A stretch of DNA of 64,000 nt from Scenedesmus sp. PABB004 (Eukaryota), in NCBI GenBank assembly GCA_014905635.1, contig JABVCE010000030.1, positions 310,001-374,000 of the forward strand. The letters are read 5' to 3'. The translations under genes and the position numbers were made by a program. Numbering within the stretch: the stretch's first letter is position 1; each line of letters starts with the position of its first letter. The notes beneath the pieces are model-generated. The model searched no databases and was not told where the DNA came from. It saw only the letters and a program-made list of their open reading frames with translations. Below, piece after piece: positions 1 through 11,950 of the stretch.

Positions 1-24
1 CCTCCCTCCCTCGCTGCGCCGCAG

Positions 25-1487
25 GCGGGCAACAACAACACCTACTGCCACGACTCGGAGCTCAACTGGGTCGACTGGGCGCAGGTTGAGCGCGACGAGG
101 GCGGCTTTGCGCGCTTCATGCGCCGCCTCATCCACTTCAGGTGGGCGCGTGGGCTTGTCTGATCAACAGGGGCGGCCAGGAGCGGCAGGAGGGGAGGGAG
201 GGGCGGCGGCAGGGGCGAGGAGGGCTGCGCACGCTCGGAGGGGGAGGCGGCTGCGGGGCGGGGCGTCGAGGGGCTGTGGGCCGCCGGCGCGCGCGCGGCA
301 CGCGTGCACGCGGCGGCGGCGGCGGCGGCGCGGGCGCGGCCGGCGGCCCCCTGTGTGCCCACCCTCTGCCCCCTCCTCGCCCCCTCCCCCGCCAGGCACA
401 CGCACCCCGAGCTGCGCCGCGCGAGCTACGTGAACGACAACGACGTCCAGTGGCACGGCGAGGCGGCGTTCAAGCCCGACTGGAGCGACAGCGCGCGCCT
501 CGTGGCCTACACCGTGAAGCAGCACGGCCCCGCCGGCCCCACCGGTGCGCGCCGCCGCCGCGCTCGCCCCCTGGACTCGTCCTCCCGCGCGCCCCGAGCC
601 CCCTGCCCTCTCGCCCCAACCTCTCCCTCCCACCCTGTGCCTCCTCACCCACTCCGCCTCCGCCCCTCTCCACCCACCCACCCACACTAAACCCTCGCCC
701 AGGCGGCGGGCTGTACATCGCCTTCAACAGCGGCCACACGCCCAAGGTCGTCGAGCTGCCCCACTGGCACGGCCGCGCCTGGCAGGTCGCGATCGACACC
801 GGCAAGCTCACGCCGTTTGACATCCTCGTCCCCGACGAGGAGCTCGCGCCGGAGGAGGCGCGCCAGGTGCGCGGAGGTTTAGGGTTTAGGGTTCAGCGCT
901 CGTGCCCAGCAGGTTTAGGGCTCGTGCCCAGCAGCCGCGCGCGGCGCGGCGGCGGGGGCGCGGCACGGCCCCGCCCCCGCGCCCCCCACGACGGCCTCTC
1001 ACCACCACCCGCCTCGCCCTCCGCCCGGCCCGCGCCCTCCCCCCGCGCCGCGCAGGCGCAGCTCGCGGCGTCGATGTGGACGGCCAGCGGCTTCTATTCA
1101 GTGCTGCCCTGGAGTTGCGTGGTGCTGGAGAGCGTGCCGGAGCACACCGTCGCATCGCTGCGCGTGCGCGGCAAGGATGGCTCCGCCGTCGTGACCGCCG
1201 CGGCGCAGGCCAAGGCCGGCGGGCCGCTCACGCCGACGCCGGAGCAACGGACCGCGGAGCGGGTGCGGCGCGCGCCGAGCGCCGCGCGCAGCGCGCGCGC
1301 CCCTCGCCGCCAGCTCGGCGGCGCCCGCGCGCCTCGCCGCCCGCGCTCCTGCCCGCGCGCGCGCCCACGCCGCCGCCCGCCCGTGCCTGCCTGCCCGCGC
1401 GTGCAGGCCGCCAAGCGGTCCGCGCCCGCCGGGGGCTTAATGGAGGAGATTCGTGCCTCCAAGGCGGCGCAGCTGCTGCAGGAGTGA
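25..1487 (+). CDS. ISA1: Isoamylase-type starch debranching enzyme (GH13, ISA1-like), 3' part; exons approx 25-140, 396-544, 704-866, 1056-1262, 1407-1487
   Basis: Spliced peptide GGNNNTYCHDSELNWVDW...FMRRLIHFR / HPELRR...VQWHG...PDWSDSARLVAYT / LYIAFNSGH...LP...WQVAIDTGKLTPFD resembles the plant ISA1 C-terminal region. GT-AG junctions keep the frame. Confidence 0.85.
878..920 (+). repeat. Intronic telomere-type repeats (TTTAGGG x2 at 878-891, TTTAGGG at 914-920)
   Basis: ggaggTTTAGGGTTTAGGGttcag...aggTTTAGGG lies directly after the 5' splice site at 867. Confidence 0.7.
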
Positions 1488-2407
1488 GTGCCGGGGCCCC
1501 CGGGGGCGCAGGCGCGCCGCGCTGTACAGGCGGCGCGGGGCGGCGGGCGCCGCGGCCATGTATTGGGCCGCAGGCCGCCCGCGCCCGCGCGGCCGCGGCG
1601 GTGGGCCCCCGCGGCTGTGAGTGTACACTAGGCGGCGGGCGGCGCAGGCGGCGCAGGCGCGCGTGGGGGTGCAGAACAGGGGCCACCAACCAATCCCCGC
1701 CGCGCCGACGCCGGGGCGTGCGGTCGGCGGGGCGCGGCGGCGGCGCGGCGCGCCGCCGCCGCCGCGTGTGTGGGGACTGCTCTCGTGTGTGTTGCGCCTG
1801 CGCGCCGGACTGGGCGGCAGGCGCCTCCGGCGGGGCTGGGCACTGTGTGCGTGGCGTTGCTGCAGCCCGCGATTCATCCATTGAGGCGCCGCGCGCTGGC
1901 AGCGGCTCGATTTTGCGCGACGACGACGAGGCCGGCGCGCCGTGCGGCCGCGGGCGCCCCGCCCCGCGCGCGGGGCGGCGGCGGCATGTGCGGTGCCGCG
2001 GCGCCGCGCGCGGGGCGGCACCGGGGCGTTGGCCGAGCTTGAGCGGAGCGATCGCACGCGTTGGCGTTGTGGCGAGAGAGCAACTGGGGCGGGCACGCAC
2101 GCACGCGCATGCGCGCGCGGCCGGGGGCAGAGGGAAGCAAGCACGGCGGCGGCGGACGACGAAGAAGGACTGGCGTAAGTGCGTGCGATTCACGCAACTC
2201 ACGACTTCACGCGGCCTGCAGCCCACAATCCGCAGCGTTGCCGGGCGGTGGTTCCGACGCCGCCGGCCGCGGTCTGGGGCCCAGGGCTTGTTGTTGCGTT
2301 GCAGCTGCCCGCCCCGCCTCGCAGCGCCCCCCGCCGCAGCTCCCACACCGCGTGGCCGCCCGCAAGCGCCCGCCGCCCGCCACCGACCACATCGGCCGCT
2401 GCTCAAG

Positions 2408-3731
2408 ATGGAGGCCGGCCCCTCGGGCGCGGGCGCGCCAATTTGGCCGCCGCCCGGCCCACACGGTCACAACGACGCCGTGAGCAGCTACCTGGACTTC
2501 CTTTCCGATGACATGCTGCCCGGCGTGGGCGGGGCCCTCGATGCGGGCACCCTCGCCGCCGTGGCGGCCGCGCAGGGCCCCGCCGCGCAGCGCAAGCGCT
2601 CCCGGGTCAAGGCCGAGCCGTCCGGCGGCGGCAGCGGCGAGGAGGACGACAGCGACGAGGAGGACGACGGGGAGCCGGCGGGCAAGGGCAAGCGCAAGAG
2701 CGCGCACGCGCAGAAGGCCAAGGCCAACCGCGAGAAGCAGCGCCGCGAGAAGATCACCACGCGGTGCGTGGCCGGGCGGCACGCGCGCGCGGCGGGGGCC
2801 GGCGCCGGCGGCGGCGGGCGCGCGAGCAGCGGCAGCGCGCGGCGCCAGATCTCTGGCCCACGGCGCGCGCACGCCGCGCCGGGGCGCGCAGGTTCAACGA
2901 GCTCGCCAAGCTGGTGGACCCGGGCGCGGAGCCGAAGACGGACAAGCTCGGCATCCTCGCGGAGGCGATCCGCTTCGTGCAGCAGGTGCAGGTTGAGAAC
3001 TGCCAGCTGCGCCAGCTCAACAAGTTCCTGGAGGTGCGCCGCGCCGGCGGCGGCGCGGGGTGGGGCGGGGCGGCGGCGCGGGGTGGGGCGCAGCAGGCGC
3101 GCGGCCCGGGGTGGTGGAGCCGCGGCGCGGCGCCCGGCCCGGCGGCGGCGCCAGCCTCACCCTTTCTCGCCGCGCCCCGCTGCCGCGCGCCGCTGCGGCC
3201 GCGCAGGAGAAGGTGGGGCACCTGGAGAAGGAGCGGGCGCAGAGCATGTACCAGATGTATCAGTTCAGCGGGCAGATGATGCAGGGCGGCGCGCCGGGCA
3301 TGCAGGCCGGCGGCGGCGCGATGGGCTGCGGGCCGCCGATGGGCGCGATGGCGATGCCCGGCATGGTCCAGCCGGGCATGGCCCTGCCGGGGCAGCTGCT
3401 GCTGCCCGGCGGCGACGCGGCGGCGGCGGCGGCGGCGCAGCAGGCGCTGCCCGCGCTGCCGGCGGCGCCGGAGCAGCAGCAGCAGCGGCAGCAGGCCGGC
3501 GACGCCGGCGCGGCGGCAGCGGCGGCGGCGGCCGCGCAGCAGGACGCGGCGGCGGCCGCGCAGCTGGCGGCGGGCGGGCACGCGGCGGCGCCGTTCCTGC
3601 AGGGCAAGTCGCTGATGGGCATGTCGCCGGGCGGCGGCGCTGGCGCGCCGATGCCCTGCTGGCAGAGCATGATGCCGCCGCAGATGCTCGACTCCATGCA
3701 GGACTCGCTGCTGCGCCCGCCCGCGGCGTGA
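2408..3731 (+). CDS. bHLH-ZIP transcription factor of the IVc/ILR3 (bHLH105/115) type; 3 exons
   Basis: Peptide KAKANREKQRREKITTR|FNELAKLVDPGAEPKTDKLGILAEAIRFVQQVQVENCQLRQLNKFLE|EKVGHLEKE. The C-terminus WQSMMPPQMLDSMQDSLLRPPAA* resembles the IVc WQFMPP..D.SQDHVLRPPVA tail. Confidence 0.85.
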
Positions 3732-4274
3732 GGCGCGCGCGGGCGGCGCGCAGCGCAGCGGGTGACCAGCAGCGCGGTGCGGGCACGCCGTGAGGGCGAG
3801 CTGCACAAGCTCGACGCTAGTAGCGGGCGCCGCGGGCGCGCCCGGCGCCGGCCTGCGCCGGCGAGCGCGCGGCGCCGCCGGCAGCACCCCCTCCTCCCCC
3901 CCTCTCCTCATGTTGCTTTCCAGGCAGCATCACCAGCAGCAGCAGCAGCGGCAGCAGCAGGCGTCCAGCCAGCCGGCTGGCAGCGGGCGGTCGCAGGACT
4001 GGACCGCGCGCCGCGGGCGTGGCCCTGCGGGGCGCCCGGGCGTGGTGCGCTGCACCGCGCGCGAGCTTCCTACGCACCCCGGCGGCACGCTGGGACGCCC
4101 TTGGCTTCATGCGTGTGACGGTGTTTGTCGGGCACGGACCGCGGGGCGCACAGCAGCAATAAGCGGGGTGCTCGCGCGGGTGGCGCTTTGCGGACGAGGG
4201 GGGACGAGCACGGGCGGGGGCTCTCCGGCAGGTAACCTCCGACACGCGCGCCCTTTGCGCACGCTCGCCCCGCC

Positions 4275-5366
4275 TCAGCCGCCGCCGCGCGCCGCGAGCG
4301 CCGCCTCGCGCTCGTCCACGTCCACGGGGATGCCGTCCAGCTTCTTGAGCTGCGGCACGCGCTTCAGCACCTGCGCGCCGGCAGCACTCGCGCCCGGCGG
4401 CCCGCCGTGCTGCCGGCCGCGCGCGCCGCGCCGCCGGCCGCCCCCGCCGCGCCGCGCCGGCGCACCTCCACGCGGTACTCTGCCACGCTGCCGCCGTCGC
4501 GGTACTCGGCGTGCAGCGGGTTGCCGAGCAGCAGCAGCTCCTCGAGCTGCGCGTTGCCGGCGAGGCGCTCGAGCTCGCCCCAGTCGCGCACGCGGTTGTT
4601 GGAGAGGAAGAGCTTGCGCAGCGCCGCCAGCTTCTCGACGCCGGCCTGCGCGCGGGCGGGGGCGCGCGGGCGGGGGCGCGGCGCCGAGCTGCTCGCGCGG
4701 GCCCGCCGCCCGGCGCGCTGGAGCCCGGCGCGGCCGCCAGCAACCCCGCGGCGCCAGACACGGCGAGGCCGCTGCGTGCGCGGTCCCCGGCGCGGCGCAC
4801 CAGCCGCTCTATCTGGTTGTAGGAGAGCCAGAGCTCCTCGAGCGTCGCCGCGACGGGCTCGACGTTCTCAATCTTCTTCACCAGGTTGCGGCTCAGCGAG
4901 AGCACGCGCAGGCTGTCCATGCCCGCCAGGCTGCTGATCTTCTCTATGCTGTTGGTCGACAGCGCCAGGTGCCTGCGGCCGGCGGCGGCGGCGGCGGCGC
5001 GCGGAGCAGCGTGGCGCGCGCCCGGCGCGGCGGCCGGGCCCGCAGCAGGCCCGACGCAGGCTCAACCGAAGGGGTATTGCGGCTCCCTGACCGCACGGCG
5101 CCCCCGCACTTGCAGGCCTTGAGCGTGGAGAGCGTGGCGTCCATCTTTTCGATTGGCGGGCACAGCCCGAACAGCTCCACCTGCGCCCCCCGCAGCGCCG
5201 CGCGTCGTGAGCGGGGACCTCACGGCGGTCGCCAGCGGAGGCCCCCGCGCTCAAGGCGGCCGCGCCGCGCTCCGCGCGGCCGCGCCTTCTCCGCCTCCGC
5301 CGCCACGACGCCGCGCGTCTCCTCCAGCTTCTTCAGGGCGTCCTTGATGGTGGTGGCCTTCGCCAT
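4275..5366 (-). CDS. DNAL1: Axonemal outer-arm dynein light chain 1 (LC1/DNAL1), LRR protein; 5 exons
   Basis: MAKATTIKDALKKLEETRGVVAAEAEK|VELFGLCPPIEKMDATLSTLKACK|HLALSTNSIEKISSLAGMDSLRVLSLSRNLVKKIENVEPVAATLEELWLSYNQI...|VLKRVPQLKKLDGIPVDVDERE closely resembles Chlamydomonas LC1. Confidence 0.93.
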
Positions 5367-5656
5367 GGCGCGACTCGCTGGCGCGAGCTGCGCGCCGGCG
5401 GGCGAACTGGGGGCGGGCGTGCTGCTGCTGCTGCGCCTGTCGCGGCGAAGGCGCGGTGCGCGGGCGCGGGCGTGCGGCGCGGGCGTGCAGCTGCCGCGGT
5501 GCTGGGTGCGATGCCGGGCTGGCGACCGATCCGCGCGGGTGAGGACAGGAAGAAGGAGTCAACCCGGGTTGACCCCCAAACCCCGGCCTCAGCACCCTCG
5601 CAGCACACGCGCCCCGCTGCCGCCAGCGTCGTGGGCGCCAGCTGCGGTGTCATCCA

Positions 5657-8600
5657 TCACGCCCTGCTGCTCGCCATTGCAGACATGACCTCGGCCGCGC
5701 GCGAGTGCGGCAACAGGTCGGTCCTGCGGGCGCGCGGCGCACGGCGCGCCGGCGCGTGGGCAGCGCCGACGAGCGGCGGGGCGCGCAAGCAGCGCCAGCA
5801 GCAGCGCCCGCTCCCCGCAAGGGCGCCCCACTCACGCGGCGAGCCAGGCAAAGGCCTCCTCCGAGATGAGCGCGCGCGCTGCGGCCTGCAGGCCGCCCGC
5901 GGGCAGCTCTAGCGCGCCGCCGCCCGGCGCCTCCGGCGCCAGCAGCCGCAGCAGGCGCGGGAACGGCCGCGTGTAGCGCTGCGCGGCGCGTGGGCGTGGG
6001 CGCATGCTGAGGTCGTTCTGCATGACGCGCGCTGCACGCTGTGTGCTGCGCGGCGGGCTCACCAGGCCGCCCGCCACGCAGGTGGCGCAGATGGCGCTGT
6101 GCAGCTCGCTGTCGCGCGCCATGCACGCGTCACTGCAGTAGCACGCCGCACGGCACCTGGGGCAGCTGACCGCCTGTGGGTGTGCGGGCGCACGGGCGCG
6201 CGCTGCCGTCGGCGGCGACGGTGGCGGCGCGACCGCGGCCGGCAGCGCGAGCGGCAACCACAGCTGGCAGTGGCGGCAGCGCGCCGCCGGCTGCCCTGCG
6301 CTGCGCTCGCACCGCGCCTGGCGCCAGCGCGCCCGTGCAGGCGTCGCAGCTGGTGCTCCAGAGCATGGCCGCCTGGTGGCGCGCCCACCAGACGCCCGGG
6401 TCGCGCAGCGCCTCGAGCGGCGAGCGGGGGCCCAGCGCCGCCTCGCCGACGTCGGTCAGCAGCCCGCTGGGCTGGGCCTCGTCCTGCCGCACCGCCTGCG
6501 CGCAGCATGGCAGCGCCGGGCGGCGCAGCGTCGCCGCTGCGCGGCGCAGGCGCAGGCGCGCCGCGCGGGCGCAGCGCGCCGCACCTCGTTGCCCTCGCTG
6601 CCTGGGGCCTGCGGCGTGAGGTTCTGCATGTTGACCATGTGGCGGCGCACGTGTGTCGCCATGTCCTCCACGCGTCCGTGCAGCGCGCCGCCCTCGACAT
6701 GGATGCGCGCGCCCGCCGGTGCCAGCATGTCACGCGGCGGGCCGGCCACAGCCGCCATCCAGACCAGCTCCGCTGCGGACGGCTGCAGCTGGCGGGCCAG
6801 CTCTCGCCGCCCCGGTGGGGGCTCGCTGGCGGATGTGTCCGCCAGGACCTGGCTCTTCACAGACGCCAGCAGGGCAAGCGCCGCCTGCTCGCTGCGTGGC
6901 CGCCTGCCAAAATCTGGCATGCGCCGCAGCAGCGCGAGGCCTGGCAGCATGGGCGGCCCCTCGGCGCCGGGCGCCAGCTCCGGCGCGGGCGCAAAGCGCG
7001 CCGCGGCCGGCGGCAGCGCGCAGCCCAGGCTCGCGCCCGCGGGCACGCCGCTGAGCTGGCGCGCGGCGAAGCTGACCGCACGCAGCCTGCCGGCCAGGCG
7101 GCGGGCGCGCGGACGGCGCGCGGTGAGCAGCGGGCGGGCGGCGCGAGCCGGCGGCGACGCGTGTGGGTGGCCTGGTGCCAGCGCGCGAGCGGGCGGCGGC
7201 GGCAGCCTGCGCCGCGCCGCCCTGCCGCCCGCTCACCGCGCGTCATAGTCCATGTACAGCAGCTCCTCAGCCTCCACGCTGGCGGCCACGCTGGCGGCCT
7301 CGCTGGCCGCCTCGCTGGCCGGGCGCGGTGCCTGCTGCTGCGCGCCGGGCCCGGCGGCGCCGCGCGCCGCGGCGCGGCGCAGGCCGACGTGCCACCACAC
7401 GTGCCAGGCGGTCAGGCCGGCGCTGCGGTGCCGGAACCAGTCCAGCACGGGGCTCGCTGTGAGGGAGTCCATCAGCGCCTTGCCCACGGCCGGCCGGAAG
7501 CTGCTCGGGCAGAGGTGCGCGACCTCCGGCCCTGCCGCAACCTGGCAGTGCAGCGGGGACAGCGCCAGCAGCACCTGCCGCGCCAGCACGGTCGTGGCGG
7601 GGCTGTACGCCTGCAGCGGCGCGCGGGCGGCCGCGCAGGCGGGCGCGCGGGTTGGGCCGCGCTGCGGCCGCCGCCGCCGCCGCCGCCGCTGCCGCGCGAC
7701 CGCGTCAGGCCGACGCGCGCGCCAGCCTGACGCGGACAGCGCCAGCCTCGTCCGCGCCGGCGCACCTGCACGTAGGCGGCGTTGACCGCGCGCGCGTACT
7801 GCCGCACTCCCAAGCTGCGGTAGCGCGTGCTGCCAAAGTAGCGGACCATGCCGGTGCCGAGCTCCAGGTCGAGCAGGGCGTGCGCGTCGGGTGGGCTCCA
7901 CAGCGCGAGCGACGCGCTGTCCACGACCAGCTGCCACACCCTGTGCAGCGAGCGCGCCGCGGCGGTGAGCCCCCGCCCGGCAGCGGCGGCAGCGGCGCCG
8001 CCGCGCCGCCCCAGCGTGCGCGCGCGCGCGCACGCGGGGTCGGGGCAGTGCGGGCACGCTGCGAGGTGCTGCGCCAGGAAGGCCTGGCCCACGGGCGAGA
8101 CCTTGCCCAGCAGCTGCCACAGCAGGCGGCGGAGCATGAAGGGACTCTCCCACGGCACTGCCGCATCGGCTGGGCTGCGCCCGTCGCGCGCGCCGCCGCG
8201 CTCGCGCTCCGCGCGCCGCTCGTGCAGCTCCTGCTGCTCGCGCACGCAGAGCGGGCAGTCCCGGTGGTAGTCGTGCGCCCCGGCCGGCCACGCGCGCTGC
8301 CCCTGGCCGCCGTCGCCGCCGCCGCCGCCGGCTGCATCGGCCGAGCTGCTGCTGCCGCCGCTGCCGCGCCCGCCGTCGCGTGCCGCAGCCGCGGCCGCGG
8401 CCCGCCGGGCGAAGCGCCAGGGTCTGGCGCCGCGTGCTTGCCCGGCGCGGCGCCGCTCCTGGCGAGCTGCATGCGGTAGCCGCTCTCCCACCACGCGCGC
8501 GCGGCCTCCTGCTGCGCCTTGTACTCTGCCAGCCAGGCGGCATGCCACGCGCGCAGCGGTGCCAGCTGCGCGGCCACAGCGGCGGCCAGCTGCCTGCGAG

Positions 8601-11600
8601 CGCGGGCGCACGCACACACACGCGTGAGGTGCGCTGGTAGGCAATCAGCTGGCGGGCGGGCCGGCCGGCAGGCGCGCCGCGCGCGCTGCGCCCCACCTGT
8701 ACGCCCTGCGCGCCTCCTGGAGCTGCTGCCGTCGCAGCTTGCGCTGCGCGGCGAGCTGCTCGCGCCCCTCCTCGCTCTTCTCCGGCCCCTCGTCGGCGCT
8801 CGACAGCTCGTCGTCGCCGCCGTCGTCGCCGTCGTCGTCCGAGCCGCTGCTGCTGCGCTCCAGGTCGCGCGGGACCTCGACCATGAATGCTCCTGTGCTG
8901 GACGCTCCTGCGCTGGCCAGCATTGACTGCAGCTGGCCCGTCCTGACCACCTCCTGCTGGTGGCGGCTGGCTGCAGCGTTGCTCATCAGCCCCTGGTGCC
9001 GCATGATGCCGAGCTTGTGCCCCAGCACTGCATTCGCCACAAGTTTGGATGCGTGCGCCACCAGGCCTGGCCTGCGCGTGGACGCCGCCGTGGAGACTCC
9101 CGCACCGGGGCCAGCGCTGCCGCCGGCGCCGCCTGCGCTGCCGGCGCCGCTTGCGCTGCCAGCGCTCGGCGGCGCGTCGCGGGAGTCGCGAGCAGCGGCT
9201 CGCGCGAGGCGCTGCACCGTCTGCCTGTTGTGCGCCAGCTGCGAGAACAGCGACTCCATAGCAGAGACCGTGCCCCGCCAGCAGCCGGTCGCAAGCGCCA
9301 CCTGCCACGCCTGCCGCCGCAGGGCCGTCCCCTCTGGCGCCTGCTCCTCCTGCTGCCGCTGCAGCTGCAGCTGCTGCTGGGGCAGCTCGCCGCTGCTGCG
9401 GACCTCGCCGCCGCCGCCGCCAGGGGCCGAGGCGCTGCCGCCGGCCGTGGGGGTCCAGATGCCGGCGCCGCACGGCGCCGGCGCCACGAGCGGCCCGGAC
9501 GCCAGCGGGCCGCGCGCGCCGAAAAACGTGCACGGGTCCATGGTGGCGGGGCTGGGCGGCTGCACGTCGCCGCGCGCGCGCGGCCCGGGTGTCGCGGGCG
9601 CCGGCGGCGCCGGCGACGCGTTGATGTCGCTGTTTGCTGTGCCAAAGGCCCGGCACAGCTGCAGCAGCGACGCCGCTTTGTGCAGGACCGGCAGCAGGTC
9701 CGGCCCCGCAAGCTGCGGCGCGGGCAGCAGCCGCTGCGCCGCCTGCAGCACGCCAGCGCCGCGCGCCGCTGCGAGCGGAGGTGGCGGCCTGCAGCTGCGC
9801 AGCATGCCCTGCAGCTGCAGCGCCAGCAAGCACAGCACCAGCGCCTGCAGCGGCACTGCGTGCTGCCACGCCGTGGCGCCGCTGCCGCCCGCCGCGACCT
9901 GCTGCTCCAGGAAGCGTGCCAGCACGCCGCCGGCGAGCGCCTGCACCACGGCTCGCAGCCGCGCCTCGACGCCGTCGTCCGCGCACACGGCGCCGCCGCT
10001 TGCAGCTGCGAGCGCCAAGTGCTGCAGCGCGCTCGCAGCGCCGACGGCGCCGTCGTCGCCCGCGGACGCTTCCACAGCCGCGACGCACTGCGCCTCGAGC
10101 TTCTGCCGCACCGCCTCGTTGCTGAGGCACGGGGCGGCCCGGTCGAGAAGCACCTGCGCCAGCAGCTGCATGCACAGCACTGCCAGAACATCGGCGGGGC
10201 TGTCGTCGCTGCTGGCGCTGCCGCCGCCGCTGCCACCGCCGCCGTTGCCGCTGCTGCTGCCGCCGCTGCTGCTGCCGCCACCGCCGCTGGCGCCGCCGCC
10301 CATGCGCGCTTGCACGTGCAGCGCGCCCGCGAGCTCGCCGAGCAGGTGACGCAAGTTCTCCAGGCCCTGTGGGCCAAGCTCGCCCAGGGCGCTGGGCTTC
10401 GACTCGCCGGCAAACAGCTGCGGCAGCTGGAGGTCGTGGCGCCGCTCGCACACCAGGGCCACGAGCGCCTGCAGCAGCTCCGGCGCCGGCAGCTGCAGCT
10501 GCAGGTCGAGGTGCGGCGACAGGCCCCAGCTGGGCAGGGCCGCAAGGCGCGGCGCCGCGACGGCCTGCGCCGCCTGCCCCTGCTGACTGCCCTGCAGGTG
10601 TGCCCACAGCTGCTCGACCGCTCCCGCCGTGTGCTCCTCCTGCAGGCGCGCTGCCACGTCAGCGGGCGCATGCTCGGCGGTCGCAAGCTCTGCAACAATT
10701 TGGTCCCGCGCCGCGTGCAGGAACTGGGCGAGCGCCACTGCGTGCTCTGGCGTGTCAGGCGGCGGCTCCTCGCTGCGGACGGCGGCGGCAGGGCGGCGGG
10801 GTCACAGCGGCCCCAGCGCGAGCACGCGCCTTGCAGCGGCGCAGCGTGCCCAAGCCCCGCCGCCCGCGTCGCACCCGGGGCACAGCATGCCTGCCGCCAC
10901 CTCCGCGGCCAGCCCCAGGCGCAGACCCGGGCACAGGTGGTGCCACATGCTGGCCCGGTCGCTGCTGCGGCGCTCGCGCCACTTGGCCTGCTCCGGCAGC
11001 TTGCCCGCGGCGCACCCCTCACAGATGTGGGCGTTCGCCGCGTCGTCAGAGTCAGAGTCGGAGCCCGGGTCGTCGCTGTCGCTGTCGCCCAGGGCGCGCT
11101 TCACACGTGCGGCCAGCCTCGCCTGCCTGTGCGCGATGCGCGCTGCCTCGCCGCCGCGCGCGCTGCGCTTGCCCAGCTCGCCGCCGCGCGCCTTCCGGGC
11201 TGCGCGCTGAGCGGCCGAAATCGCGTGCAGCTCGGCATGCAGCTGGTCCAGGTCGCCGCCGCACTCGGCGAGGAGCGCCGGCGCGGTGTGCGTGATGAGC
11301 TGGCGCAGCTCCGGCAGGCGCTGCAGCGCGGCCATGCTGTGCTGCGCGAGCTGGAGGCACTCGGCCTCGCGCCACTGCGACGGCAACGGCGGCGGCGGGC
11401 GGGCGCGCAGGCGGGCGGGGCTGGTTGGAGCACTGCCGCCCAACCATCGCCCCCGCCCGCGCCGCCGCCCGCGCGGGCGCGCGCGCACCCTCTCGACCAT
11501 CAGGGCCGCGTTGAGCCGGTCGTTCGGCGTCTGGTCTGTGTCGACATAGAGCGTCAGGTCCTGCTCCGGCAGCCCCAGCAGGTCGGGCACGTGCACGACC

Positions 11601-11642
11601 GACGTGTTGAGCTCAAACAGGGCGCCTGTCGGCGGCGGCGGC

Positions 11643-11677
<35 letters not shown>

Positions 11678-11950
11678 CGGCGGGCGCACGGTCGACGCCC
11701 GCCCGCGCGCAGCGCAGCCCGCCGCCGCCGCCCGTGCGAGGCGCAGGCGCCGTGGCTCCCTCCGCCGCTCACCGCGCCGCGGCGTGCCGGACATGAGCCG
11801 CTCGCCCGCCTTGCGCACCGCTGCGGCGATGCGCAGCAGCTCGCTCTCCACTTGCTTGCGCGGCACGCTGTCGTCAAACATGCGCAGCCGGGCGTACATC
11901 TCCCGCACCGCCTGCTCTGGGTCGCCGTGCGCGGCGGCCTCCGCCGCCAT
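5657..11950 (-). CDS. Large multi-exon uncharacterised protein with a C-terminal MYND zinc finger and several Cys/His clusters; apparent frameshift near 8402
   Basis: Exons include MAAEAAAHGDPEQAVREMYARLRMFDD..., ALFELNTSVVHVPDLL..., CEGC...HHLCPG...CPGC, HDYHRDCPLC...HLAACPHCPDPAC and the MYND-like CPRCRAACYCSDACMARDSELHSAIC. The boundaries are uncertain. Confidence 0.6.

Noticed and set aside
2109..2180. Upstream ORF or extra exon with a perfect GTAAGT donor before the bHLH
   Set aside because: Probably a 5' UTR intron; no conserved peptide supports a coding role.
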